A DNA stretch of 34,067 nt, from NCBI GenBank assembly GCA_032155105.1, contig JALDXK010000001.1, positions 1 to 34,067 of the forward strand, written 5' to 3'. The stretch is from Acidobacteriota bacterium. GTDB lineage: Bacteria > Acidobacteriota > Vicinamibacteria > Vicinamibacterales > UBA2999. Below the pieces are notes generated by a model. That model was given only the letters and a program-made list of their open reading frames with translations. It had not been told where the DNA came from and searched no databases. Below are positions 16,639 to 24,316 of this stretch, in pieces (positions within the stretch are counted from its first letter, which is position 1; the number at the start of each line of letters is the position of its first letter). Both the position numbers and the translations under genes were made by a program.

Positions 16639-19600
16639 ATGACCGAACGGGTCAGCGAGCTGCGGGCAATTCTCGCGGCCGTGCGCGCAGGGGGGCAGTG
16701 GCGCGCCCTGCTGGGCGCGTGGACGCTCGGCGCGGCAACGGCCGGCGCGATGCTGCTGGTTGGCCTGCTTGCCGTCGGCCTCGTCGCCTCCGAAGGCATC
16801 CCCCTCATCATCGTCGTGGCCGCCGTCACCGCGATCGCCGGGTCATCGCTGGTGTTCGCGGTGTTGCCATTGCGCCAGCCACCCTCCGATCGGCAGATTG
16901 CGCGGTTCATCGAAGAGCGGGCCGGCGGCCTCGACGAGGTGCTCGTCACCGCGGTCGACAAGAGCGGCGACGACAATCCCGTGACAGGGTATTTGATCGG
17001 CGATGCGATTCGCGCCGCGCGCGGCGTGAACCTGGACGTGATCGTGAGCCACGCGGCGATGGGCGCGTTGGCCGGCAGCCTCGCGTTCGTCGCGTCGGCA
17101 TGGTTGTTCGCCCCCGCCGCCGGGCGCGCCGCGAACGTCGCGGGGTCGTACCTGTTCCCGCATCGCTACGCGATCGACGTGCACCCGGGATCGACCAAGG
17201 TGCGCGAAGGCGAACCGGTGACGGTGATCGCACGCATTCCCGGCCTCGAAGGCGGGTTGGTGCCGATGCTCACGGTCGGTCGCGGCGAGGCCGCGCGCAC
17301 GGCGCGGATGGCGCCTGGCACGACGCCGAACGAATTCACGATCACGCTCAACAACATCACCGCGTCGTTTCCGTACCTCGTGACCGCGGGATCCGCGGCG
17401 TCGCCGGAATACGACGTCGAGGTGATCAGGCCAGTGCGGATCTCGAAGATCGACATTCGCTACGAGTACCCCAACGGCGTCGGCCTCGAGCCGCGTGTCG
17501 AGGAGGACGGCGGCGACATCTTCGCCCCGGCCGGCACCAGGGTGCAGCTCACCATCAACACCGACAAACCCGTGGCCAACGGGCAGCTGCGGCTCGGCGA
17601 CGGGCAGGCGATCGATCTGCGCGGCGAGAGCCGGGTGTTCACCGCCGACATGACCGTCGCGAAGGATGGCTCCTATCGCATTGCGCTCAACGACATCGAC
17701 GGCCTGAAGAACGACGGCGACACCGAATATTTCATCCGCATGCTCAACGATCGGCCGCCCGACGTGCGCATCCTGCGCCCGGCTGGCGACAAGCAGGTCT
17801 CGCCCCTCGAGGAGGTGCTGATCGAAGCGCGCGCCGACGACGACTACGGGGTGAGATCGCTCGAGCTCGTCGTGAAGGCGAATACCGGAAAGGAGAAGGT
17901 CATTCCCCTCACGAGCGCCGGTCGAGAGGCCGTGGCCACGGGGCACCACACGGTGTTCCTCGAAGACCTGAAGGTCCGACCCGGCGACGTGATCACCTAT
18001 CACGCGCGGGCGACCGATGTTGGCCGCGGCCGGCGGTCCACCGAGTCGCGCAGCGACATCTTCTTTTTGGAGATCAAGCCGTACGAAGAGGAATTCGTCG
18101 CCGCGGAGAGCAGTGCCGGCGGCATGCCGGGAGAGCAGACCGGACTCGAGGACCTGATCGCGCAGCAGAAAGACATCATGGCCGCGACGTGGAAGCTCGA
18201 TGCGCGGGCACGGCGCGGCGGCCCGAACGCGCGTTCGCCGCAAGACATCCGCGCCGTCGCGCAAGCGCAGCGCGTGCTGCAGGAAAAAACCGACGAGATC
18301 GCGCAGCAGATGACGGCGCAGATGGTGCAGCAGCGGCGCCGGCTCGGCGCGCGCGCCGGCCTGACGCGTCCGGGCGATGAGCCGCTGCCCAAGGCGGTTG
18401 ACGCGATGGGGCGGGCGGTGACGGAACTCAACAAGCTGAGCATCGCACCGGCCCTTCCGCACGAGGAGCAGGCGCTCGCGGAGTTGCTGCGGGCCGCGGC
18501 CGAGATCCGCCGCCGGCAGATCGCGATGCAGCAGGCCCGCGGTGGCGGCGGCAACGGCAACCGTAACCAGCCGGACCTCTCGACGTTGTTCGATCAGCAG
18601 CTGCGCAAGCAGCAGCAGACCAATTACGAGACGCAGAGCACGACCCAGGAGAACACGCAGCAACAGCAGGCCGAGGCCGATCCGCTGGCGGCGATTCGCG
18701 AGCTGGCGCGGCGGCAGGAAGCGTTGTCGCGACAACAACGCGACCTGGCGAACAACCAGAAGCAGATGAGCCCCGAGGAAGCGAAGCGGCAGCTCGAGCG
18801 ATTGACACGAGAACAGGAAGAGCTGCGCCAGCAGGCCGAGGCGTTGTCGAAGCAGATGCAGGGCGGCGCTGGCGGACAGGGACAGCAGCGTGCGGCCGGC
18901 GGCGAGAGCCAGCAGCTGCGGGAAATCTCGGAAGAGATGCGCAACGCCGCGGGCGACCTGCGCAACCAGGATCCGCAACAGGCCAGCGCGCGCGGCTCGA
19001 AGGCCGGCGAACAGTTACGCGGCCTCGAACAGCGCATGCAGGGATCGCGGCCCGAAGAGCGGCGCCGGGCGATGGGCGATCTGCAGCTCGAAGCGCGCCA
19101 GATCGCCGAGGCCGAGCGGCGGATTGGGAACGAGGCGTCGCGCACAGCGGCTGGCGCGGCCGGAGAAGATGCGCGGCGCCGGCTGGCCGGCGAGCAGGAG
19201 CGTCTCGCCAATCGCGCGCAGCGGCTCGGCGAGTCCGTCAAGGAGCTGGCCAAGTCGGGCGAAGCGGACGAGCGCCAGGCGATGAGCGAGGCCGGCCGCG
19301 AGATCGATCAGCAGAAGCTGGCCGACCGCATGCGTGAATCCGCACAGGCGATGCGGAAGGGCGGCGGGAACGAACAGTCCACCGCCGCTGAGGGTTCGGA
19401 CCCTAAGGCGGCCGGCACGACGCCCGGTACCTCACCCGAAGAGATCGCACGGGCCATGGATAAGGTTGCGGAGCGGCTCGGCTCCGCGTCCGCGGGACGC
19501 GACACCGAAGCTGCGCGCCTGTCGGAACAACTGTCGCGCACGCAGGAACTGCGCGACCGGCTCGAGCGGTTGCAGCGATCGATGGAAGAGCTGAAGAAAC

Positions 19601-20085
19601 AGGGTGCACAAGGTGCACAGGGTGCGGAAGGTGCGCAAGGTTCGGAAGCGGCACAGCCTGGATCACAGGGACAGGACGGCAAGTCAGGCCAGCAGGGCTC
19701 GACCAGCGGTGGGCGCGGGGGGGTGGAGCGCTTGCAGCGCGAGGTCGATAACCAGCTCCGCGGCGCGCAGCAGCTCGCCGAGGAAATCGGCAAGCAGAAT
19801 CCCGGGATGGAAAAGGGCGGCACCACGCCCGAGCAGTGGCAGCGCAGCGTATCGGCGCCGGGCACCGAGGCCTTCAAGCAGGACTTCGCCAATTGGGAAT
19901 CGCTGAAGAAGAACCTGCTGGTCGCACTCGAGCAGACCGAGTCGCAGCTTGCCGACAAGTTGCGCGCGCGTGAAACGAAGGAGCGGTTGAACGCCGGCCG
20001 ACACGATGCCGTCGCAGACAGCTATCGCGAGCTGGTCGATCGCTATTACCAGTCACTTGCGGCGCCGCGGCGGCCGAACCGGTGA
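16639..20085 (+). CDS. DUF4175-like large membrane-anchored protein with a long Q/E/R-rich coiled-coil C-terminal half
   Basis: 1148 aa from ATG 16639. Two N-terminal TM segments are followed by QIARFIEERAGGLDEVLVTAVD, then a beta-rich middle part, then about 450 aa of low-complexity coiled coil. The position after BatA is typical for DUF4175 (from memory). Confidence 0.75.
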   Translation: MTERVSELRAILAAVRAGGQWRALLGAWTLGAATAGAMLLVGLLAVGLVASEGIPLIIVVAAVTAIAGSSLVFAVLPLRQPPSDRQIARFIEERAGGLDEVLVTAVDKSGDDNPVTGYLIGDAIRAARGVNLDVIVSHAAMGALAGSLAFVASAWLFAPAAGRAANVAGSYLFPHRYAIDVHPGSTKVREGEPVTVIARIPGLEGGLVPMLTVGRGEAARTARMAPGTTPNEFTITLNNITASFPYLVTAGSAASPEYDVEVIRPVRISKIDIRYEYPNGVGLEPRVEEDGGDIFAPAGTRVQLTINTDKPVANGQLRLGDGQAIDLRGESRVFTADMTVAKDGSYRIALNDIDGLKNDGDTEYFIRMLNDRPPDVRILRPAGDKQVSPLEEVLIEARADDDYGVRSLELVVKANTGKEKVIPLTSAGREAVATGHHTVFLEDLKVRPGDVITYHARATDVGRGRRSTESRSDIFFLEIKPYEEEFVAAESSAGGMPGEQTGLEDLIAQQKDIMAATWKLDARARRGGPNARSPQDIRAVAQAQRVLQEKTDEIAQQMTAQMVQQRRRLGARAGLTRPGDEPLPKAVDAMGRAVTELNKLSIAPALPHEEQALAELLRAAAEIRRRQIAMQQARGGGGNGNRNQPDLSTLFDQQLRKQQQTNYETQSTTQENTQQQQAEADPLAAIRELARRQEALSRQQRDLANNQKQMSPEEAKRQLERLTREQEELRQQAEALSKQMQGGAGGQGQQRAAGGESQQLREISEEMRNAAGDLRNQDPQQASARGSKAGEQLRGLEQRMQGSRPEERRRAMGDLQLEARQIAEAERRIGNEASRTAAGAAGEDARRRLAGEQERLANRAQRLGESVKELAKSGEADERQAMSEAGREIDQQKLADRMRESAQAMRKGGGNEQSTAAEGSDPKAAGTTPGTSPEEIARAMDKVAERLGSASAGRDTEAARLSEQLSRTQELRDRLERLQRSMEELKKQGAQGAQGAEGAQGSEAAQPGSQGQDGKSGQQGSTSGGRGGVERLQREVDNQLRGAQQLAEEIGKQNPGMEKGGTTPEQWQRSVSAPGTEAFKQDFANWESLKKNLLVALEQTESQLADKLRARETKERLNAGRHDAVADSYRELVDRYYQSLAAPRRPNR
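19603..19656 (+). repeat. In-frame 9-nt tandem repeat (6 units) inside the DUF4175-like gene
   Basis: GGTGCACAA GGTGCACAG GGTGCGGAA GGTGCGCAA GGTTCGGAA GCGGCACAG, encoding GAQ GAQ GAE GAQ GSE AAQ. Confidence 0.85.
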
Positions 20086-22304
20086 GATTCGCCGTCCTGC
20101 TCCCGTGGTGGGGATACCTCCTCATCTTCCTTGGCGCGATTGTTCTGGCGTGGCTGGCGTACGCGCGCGTGGCGGTGAAGCTCGCGCCCTCAACCCGCGC
20201 CACCCTCACAGGGTTGCGAGCCCTCACTTTGATCCTGTTGATCGTGATCCTGTTACGGCCGGTGGTGATGGTGCCACCGGCTGCGGCCAACAACAGCCTG
20301 TTGCCGGTGCTGGTCGATGTGTCGCGCAGCATGCGGCTCACCGACGAAGGCGGGCCGTCGCGCCTCGAGCGTGCACAGGCGATCGTTCGCGACCTGCAGG
20401 CGCGATTGTCGTCGGAGTATCGCATCGAGCTGTTGACCTTCGGCGAAACCCTCGCCGCCGCGACCGATGTCGATCGGCTGTCGGCCACCGCCCGGCGCAG
20501 CGATCTCAGCGGCGCGCTCGGGGATGTAGCCGAGCGCTACAAGAGTCAGCGGGTCGCCGGCATCATCGTGCTGTCGGATGGCGGGGATACCGCCCCACAG
20601 GAGGCGAGGGCCGACCCGGCCATCGCCGCCCCGATCCTCGCTGTCGGTATCGGTGGCGCCAGCATCGCACGCGATCGCGAGGTCGTCAATCTCACCGCGG
20701 GCGAACCGCTCTTGCCCGGCGCCTCGATCGACCTCAGCGTGGCGGCGACCAGTGCCGGGTTCGGTACGCAGCCGGTGGAACTGCGGATCAGCGCCAACGG
20801 CCGCCCGGTGGACACGCGGCGGGTGACGCCGTCCGCAGACGGCGCGCCAGTGCACGCGGTGTTCACCGTCTCGCCGCAGCCCGACGTGCCGACTGTGTAT
20901 AGCGTGGAGATTCCCGCGGCAGCCGATGAGCTTGCGGCGGAGAACAACGTCCGCAGCGTGCTCGTGCCGGCACAGACCGGGCGGCGCAAGATCCTCATTC
21001 TCGAAGGCGCACCCGGATACGAACACACCTTCCTCAAGCGGGCGCTCGCCCAGGATCCCGGCCTCGACGTCGACGCCGTGGTGCGCAAAGGGCAGAACGA
21101 CGATGGGCGGGATACGTTTTACGTGCAGGGAAATCCGTCACGCATGGCGGCGCTGTCGTCGGGGTACCCGGCCAAGCGCTCGGAGTTGTTCGCGTACGAC
21201 GCGGTGATCTTCGGCAACATCGAAGCCGATTTCTTTACCCGCGATCAGCTCGCGCTCACCTCCGAGTTCGTTGCCGAGCGCGGCGGCGGGTTGCTGGTGC
21301 TCGGCGCCCGATCGTTCGATCGCCAGGGCCTGGCGGGCACCGCGCTCGAGCATGCCTTGCCGGTGGACCTCACGGATCGGCGCGGCACCATCACGCTCGC
21401 CTCGGCCACCATCGCCGCGAACGAGCCGAACACGCCGGCGCTGACCATCGACGGCCTGATGCACCCGGCCACGCGGCTGTCGGTGACACCGGATGAGAAC
21501 CGGCAGAAGTGGGCGGCGTTGCCGGCGCTCGCGTCGGTAGCGGCGGTCGGTGGCGCGCGCGCCGGCGCACAGGTGCTGGCAGTGGCACTGACGGCCGGCG
21601 GCACCCCGCAGCCACTGATCGCGGCGCAGCGCTACGGGCAGGGGCGGTCGATGGTGTTCGCCGGTGAAGCGTCGTGGCGCTGGCGCATGATGCGGCCGGC
21701 CACCGACAACAGTTACGAAACGATCTGGCGTCAGCTCGCGCGATGGATCACCGCTGGCGCGCAGGGCCCGGTGACGATCGCGCCGCTCAGCCCCACCACG
21801 CCTGGCATCACCGAACGCATCAGCGTGTTCGTGCGCGACGAGGATTTCCGCCCGATCGCGAATGCCGAGGTTGCGATCCAGTTGACCGCGCCGAATGGGG
21901 AGAAGCGACAGCTCACCGCCGCGCTGTCGAACCCCCAGGAGGGGCGCTATGCGGTGGCGTCGCGATTCGATCAGCCGGGCGTGTATCGGGTTGAAGCCAT
22001 CGCCGCGCGCGGGGTCGCCAGGGTCGGGACCGCGGCGCGGCCGCTGCTGGTTGGCGGGGTGGACCTCGAGATGACGCAGCCGAGGTTGAACGAGGCGGTG
22101 CTAAAGCGGCTGTCGGCCGAAACCAACGGCCGCTACGTGCGCGCCGACGAGGCGGCCTCCTTGCCGTCGCTCCTGCGCGAATCGCGGGCCGACGCCGGCA
22201 CGCCCGAGGCGCGCGACCTCTGGCACAATGGGTTCAGCCTGGTCATGATCATCAGCCTGCTCGCAGTGGAGTGGGTAATGCGACGACGGGCAGGGCTCGC
22301 CTGA
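20082..22304 (+). CDS. Membrane protein with VWA domain and class-I glutamine-amidotransferase-like (DUF1355/ThuA-like) domain
   Basis: GTG start overlaps the upstream stop (GTGA 20082-20085). N-terminal double TM, MIDAS-like VLVDVSRSM, the segment RKILILEGAPGYEHTFL...YDAVIFGNI...GGGLLVLG, and a C-terminal TM. Confidence 0.8.
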   Translation: MRFAVLLPWWGYLLIFLGAIVLAWLAYARVAVKLAPSTRATLTGLRALTLILLIVILLRPVVMVPPAAANNSLLPVLVDVSRSMRLTDEGGPSRLERAQAIVRDLQARLSSEYRIELLTFGETLAAATDVDRLSATARRSDLSGALGDVAERYKSQRVAGIIVLSDGGDTAPQEARADPAIAAPILAVGIGGASIARDREVVNLTAGEPLLPGASIDLSVAATSAGFGTQPVELRISANGRPVDTRRVTPSADGAPVHAVFTVSPQPDVPTVYSVEIPAAADELAAENNVRSVLVPAQTGRRKILILEGAPGYEHTFLKRALAQDPGLDVDAVVRKGQNDDGRDTFYVQGNPSRMAALSSGYPAKRSELFAYDAVIFGNIEADFFTRDQLALTSEFVAERGGGLLVLGARSFDRQGLAGTALEHALPVDLTDRRGTITLASATIAANEPNTPALTIDGLMHPATRLSVTPDENRQKWAALPALASVAAVGGARAGAQVLAVALTAGGTPQPLIAAQRYGQGRSMVFAGEASWRWRMMRPATDNSYETIWRQLARWITAGAQGPVTIAPLSPTTPGITERISVFVRDEDFRPIANAEVAIQLTAPNGEKRQLTAALSNPQEGRYAVASRFDQPGVYRVEAIAARGVARVGTAARPLLVGGVDLEMTQPRLNEAVLKRLSAETNGRYVRADEAASLPSLLRESRADAGTPEARDLWHNGFSLVMIISLLAVEWVMRRRAGLA

Positions 22305-22321
22305 CGCCAGCGCCGCAGACC

Positions 22322-22354
22322 TGTCCACCGAAGCGCGAAGCGCGAAGGTGGAAG
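22322..22354. repeat. 33-nt palindromic element copy 2
   Basis: TGTCCACCGAAGCGC-GAA-GCGCGAAGGTGGAAG. Both 15-nt arms are identical to copy 1 (479-511); only the 3-nt loop differs. Confidence 0.85.
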
Positions 22355-22380
22355 GCACAGCAGAGACACCAGGGCCACAG

Positions 22381-23370
22381 ATGGCACAGATGACCCGAAT
22401 CACATACCTTTTGCTTGCGCTCGGGCTCGCGATCGCAACACCGTCGCTGGCTGCAGCGGAAACGCGCTGGGCGGTGATCATTTCAGGCGCCTCTGGCGGC
22501 GAGAAGTATGCCGAGCAGATGGCCACCTGGCGTTCGGATCTCCGGTCGGCGCTCGTCGATCGGTACGGGTTCACGGCGGAGCACGTCAAGATACTCGTCG
22601 ATGAAGCGGCGACGGGCGATCGGGCCACCACCGCAAACGTGCGCAACGTCTTTGCGGAGATCAAGAAGGCCGGCGCCAAGGACGACTTCGTGCTGGTCGT
22701 GTTACTCGGCCACGGCACCTACGACGGCGACGTGGCGAAGTTCAACCTGGTCGGCCCCGACATGACGGCGAAAGACTGGACCGACATGCTGGCCGGCGTC
22801 CAGGGTCGTCTCACGGTGGTGAACACCACCGAAGCGAGCTTCCCGTTCCTCGAGGCGCTCAGCGCCAAGGGCCGCGTCGTAATCACCGCCACGCATTCGG
22901 CGGCGCAGAAATACGCCACGGTATTTCCCGAGTATTTCGTCAAGGCCATGAAGGAAGCCTCGACCGATCTCGACAAGAACGGCCGCACCTCGATCTTCGA
23001 GGTCTTCTCGGTGACGAGCGCGTCGGTGAAGCAGCACTTCGAACAGCGCGGCCAGCTGCTCACCGAGCACGCCATCATCGACGACAACGGCGACGGCAAG
23101 GGGCGCCAGGCCACCGACGAAGGGCCCGACGGGAGCATTGCCCGCATCGCGTTCCTCGATGCCGAGGCGGTGGGCGAGAACACCACTCCAGAAATGGCCG
23201 CGCTGATCAAGCGCCGCCGCACCCTCGAACAGCAGGCCGAGGAGCACAAGCAACTGAAGGGCGTGATGCCCGATACGGAGTGGAACGCGCAGTTCGAGAA
23301 GCTGATGCTGGAACTGGCGCAGGTCTCGGCGGAAATCCGCAAGAAATCCGACAATAAATCTGAAATCTGA
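22381..23370 (+). CDS. Secreted legumain/C13 (caspase-fold)-like protein lacking any cysteine; C-terminal coiled coil
   Basis: Signal peptide MTRITYLLLALGLAIATPSLAAA (start ATG 22381 or 22390). RWAVIISGASGGEKY and VLVVLLGHGTYDG match the legumain N-terminal and His-block patterns. There are no Cys codons in the ORF. Confidence 0.7.
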   Translation: MAQMTRITYLLLALGLAIATPSLAAAETRWAVIISGASGGEKYAEQMATWRSDLRSALVDRYGFTAEHVKILVDEAATGDRATTANVRNVFAEIKKAGAKDDFVLVVLLGHGTYDGDVAKFNLVGPDMTAKDWTDMLAGVQGRLTVVNTTEASFPFLEALSAKGRVVITATHSAAQKYATVFPEYFVKAMKEASTDLDKNGRTSIFEVFSVTSASVKQHFEQRGQLLTEHAIIDDNGDGKGRQATDEGPDGSIARIAFLDAEAVGENTTPEMAALIKRRRTLEQQAEEHKQLKGVMPDTEWNAQFEKLMLELAQVSAEIRKKSDNKSEI

Positions 23371-23389
23371 GATCTGAAATCTAAGATTC
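23357..23389. repeat. Tandem AAATCTGA-type octamer repeat spanning two convergent stop codons
   Basis: AAATCTGA AATCTGAG ATCTGAA ATCTAAG ATTC. It contains TGA 23368-23370 (plus-strand gene) and TAG (23381-23383, minus-strand rhomboid). Confidence 0.75.
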
Positions 23390-24055
23390 GAGAGTGTCCC
23401 ACCATTCGACGCGCGTCCGTTCGGGGCGGCGCATGAACACCACCAGCACCAGGCCGGCGACAAATCCCATCACGTGCGCCCAGAAGGCGACGCCGCCGGA
23501 GATCTGATCCTGCTGGAAGACCGGCAGCTGGCCGATGCCGTTCAGGAACTGCATCAGGAACCAGAATCCCAGGAACACGACCGCCGGCAATTCGAACAGG
23601 AAGATCGGAAACGGGAACAGCATCAGCACGCGCGAATGAGGGTAGAGCACGAGATACGCGCCCATCACCCCGGCCACCGCGCCGCTTGCGCCGACCATCG
23701 GGACGGTCGACGCCGGATCGATCGCCACTTGCGCGAACGCCGCGGCGACGCCGCAGAGTAGATAGAAGACCACGAACCGCACGTGCCCCAGCCGGTCCTC
23801 GACGTTGTCGCCGAAGATCCACAGGAACAGCATGTTGCCGATCAGGTGCGCGAGCCCGCCGTGCACGAACATGGCCGTGAACACGTTCGCCAGGGAAAAC
23901 TCCAGCGGCGTGAGCCCGAACAGATAGATGAACATCTCCTGCGCCCGATCCGTCAGCGTCAACTGGAACAGGTAGACGAGCACGTTCACTGCGATCAGCG
24001 TGATGGTGACGCCGGGTTTCGTGCGGGACGGAATGACGTCGCGGAGGGGAATCAT
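23381..24055 (-). CDS. Rhomboid-family intramembrane serine protease
   Basis: 224 aa from ATG 24055. Motifs HGGLAHLIGNMLFLWIFG, GASGAVAGVMGAY and the downstream His are present, with six TM segments. The track ORF extends 131 codons further upstream without support. Confidence 0.9.
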   Translation of the reverse strand: MIPLRDVIPSRTKPGVTITLIAVNVLVYLFQLTLTDRAQEMFIYLFGLTPLEFSLANVFTAMFVHGGLAHLIGNMLFLWIFGDNVEDRLGHVRFVVFYLLCGVAAAFAQVAIDPASTVPMVGASGAVAGVMGAYLVLYPHSRVLMLFPFPIFLFELPAVVFLGFWFLMQFLNGIGQLPVFQQDQISGGVAFWAHVMGFVAGLVLVVFMRRPERTRVEWWDTLES

Positions 24056-24070
24056 CGAAACCCTTTTCGC

Positions 24071-24077
24071 TAGAATA
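24071..24077. promoter_or_regulatory. Overlapping -10-like hexamers between divergent rhomboid and Zn-ribbon genes
   Basis: TAGAAT (plus strand, 24071-24076) lies 11 nt before ATG 24088. TATTCT (minus strand, 24077-24072) lies 16 nt before ATG 24055. Confidence 0.3.
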
Positions 24078-24087
24078 CCAAGTACGT

Positions 24088-24303
24088 ATGACATGCCGCT
24101 CGTGTGGAGCAGAAATCGCCGCCAATGCACTGATCTGCTACAAGTGCGGCACCGCAACAGCCGAACCACGCATCCAGCCGCCAGGAGGGAGCGTGTTCGC
24201 CAAGCCGCGCCGCTCGCGCGGTCTGATCGCGGGGGCGGTTGCCGCGGGGCTGGCCCTTGCGGCCGTCGCCGCCCAGCAGGCGGGCTGCCTAAGCCTGTTA
24301 TGA
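24088..24303 (+). CDS. Small zinc-ribbon membrane protein
   Basis: 71 aa. CRSC...CYKC zinc-ribbon at the N-terminus and a C-terminal hydrophobic helix. TAGAAT lies 11 nt upstream of the ATG. Confidence 0.5.
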   Translation: MTCRSCGAEIAANALICYKCGTATAEPRIQPPGGSVFAKPRRSRGLIAGAVAAGLALAAVAAQQAGCLSLL

Positions 24304-24316
24304 TGAGCTGTTCACC

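Noticed and set aside
16698-18978. 560-aa plus-strand (16698-18380) and 711-aa minus-strand (16843-18978) ORFs overlapping the DUF4175-like gene
   Set aside because: These are extreme Arg/Pro/Gly-rich translations without domains. They are alternative-frame and antisense artefacts of high GC content.
19603-19700. Collagen-like triple-helix domain
   Set aside because: There are only five consecutive Gly-X-Y triplets before the periodicity breaks. That is too short for a collagen domain, and the region is better described as a low-complexity linker.
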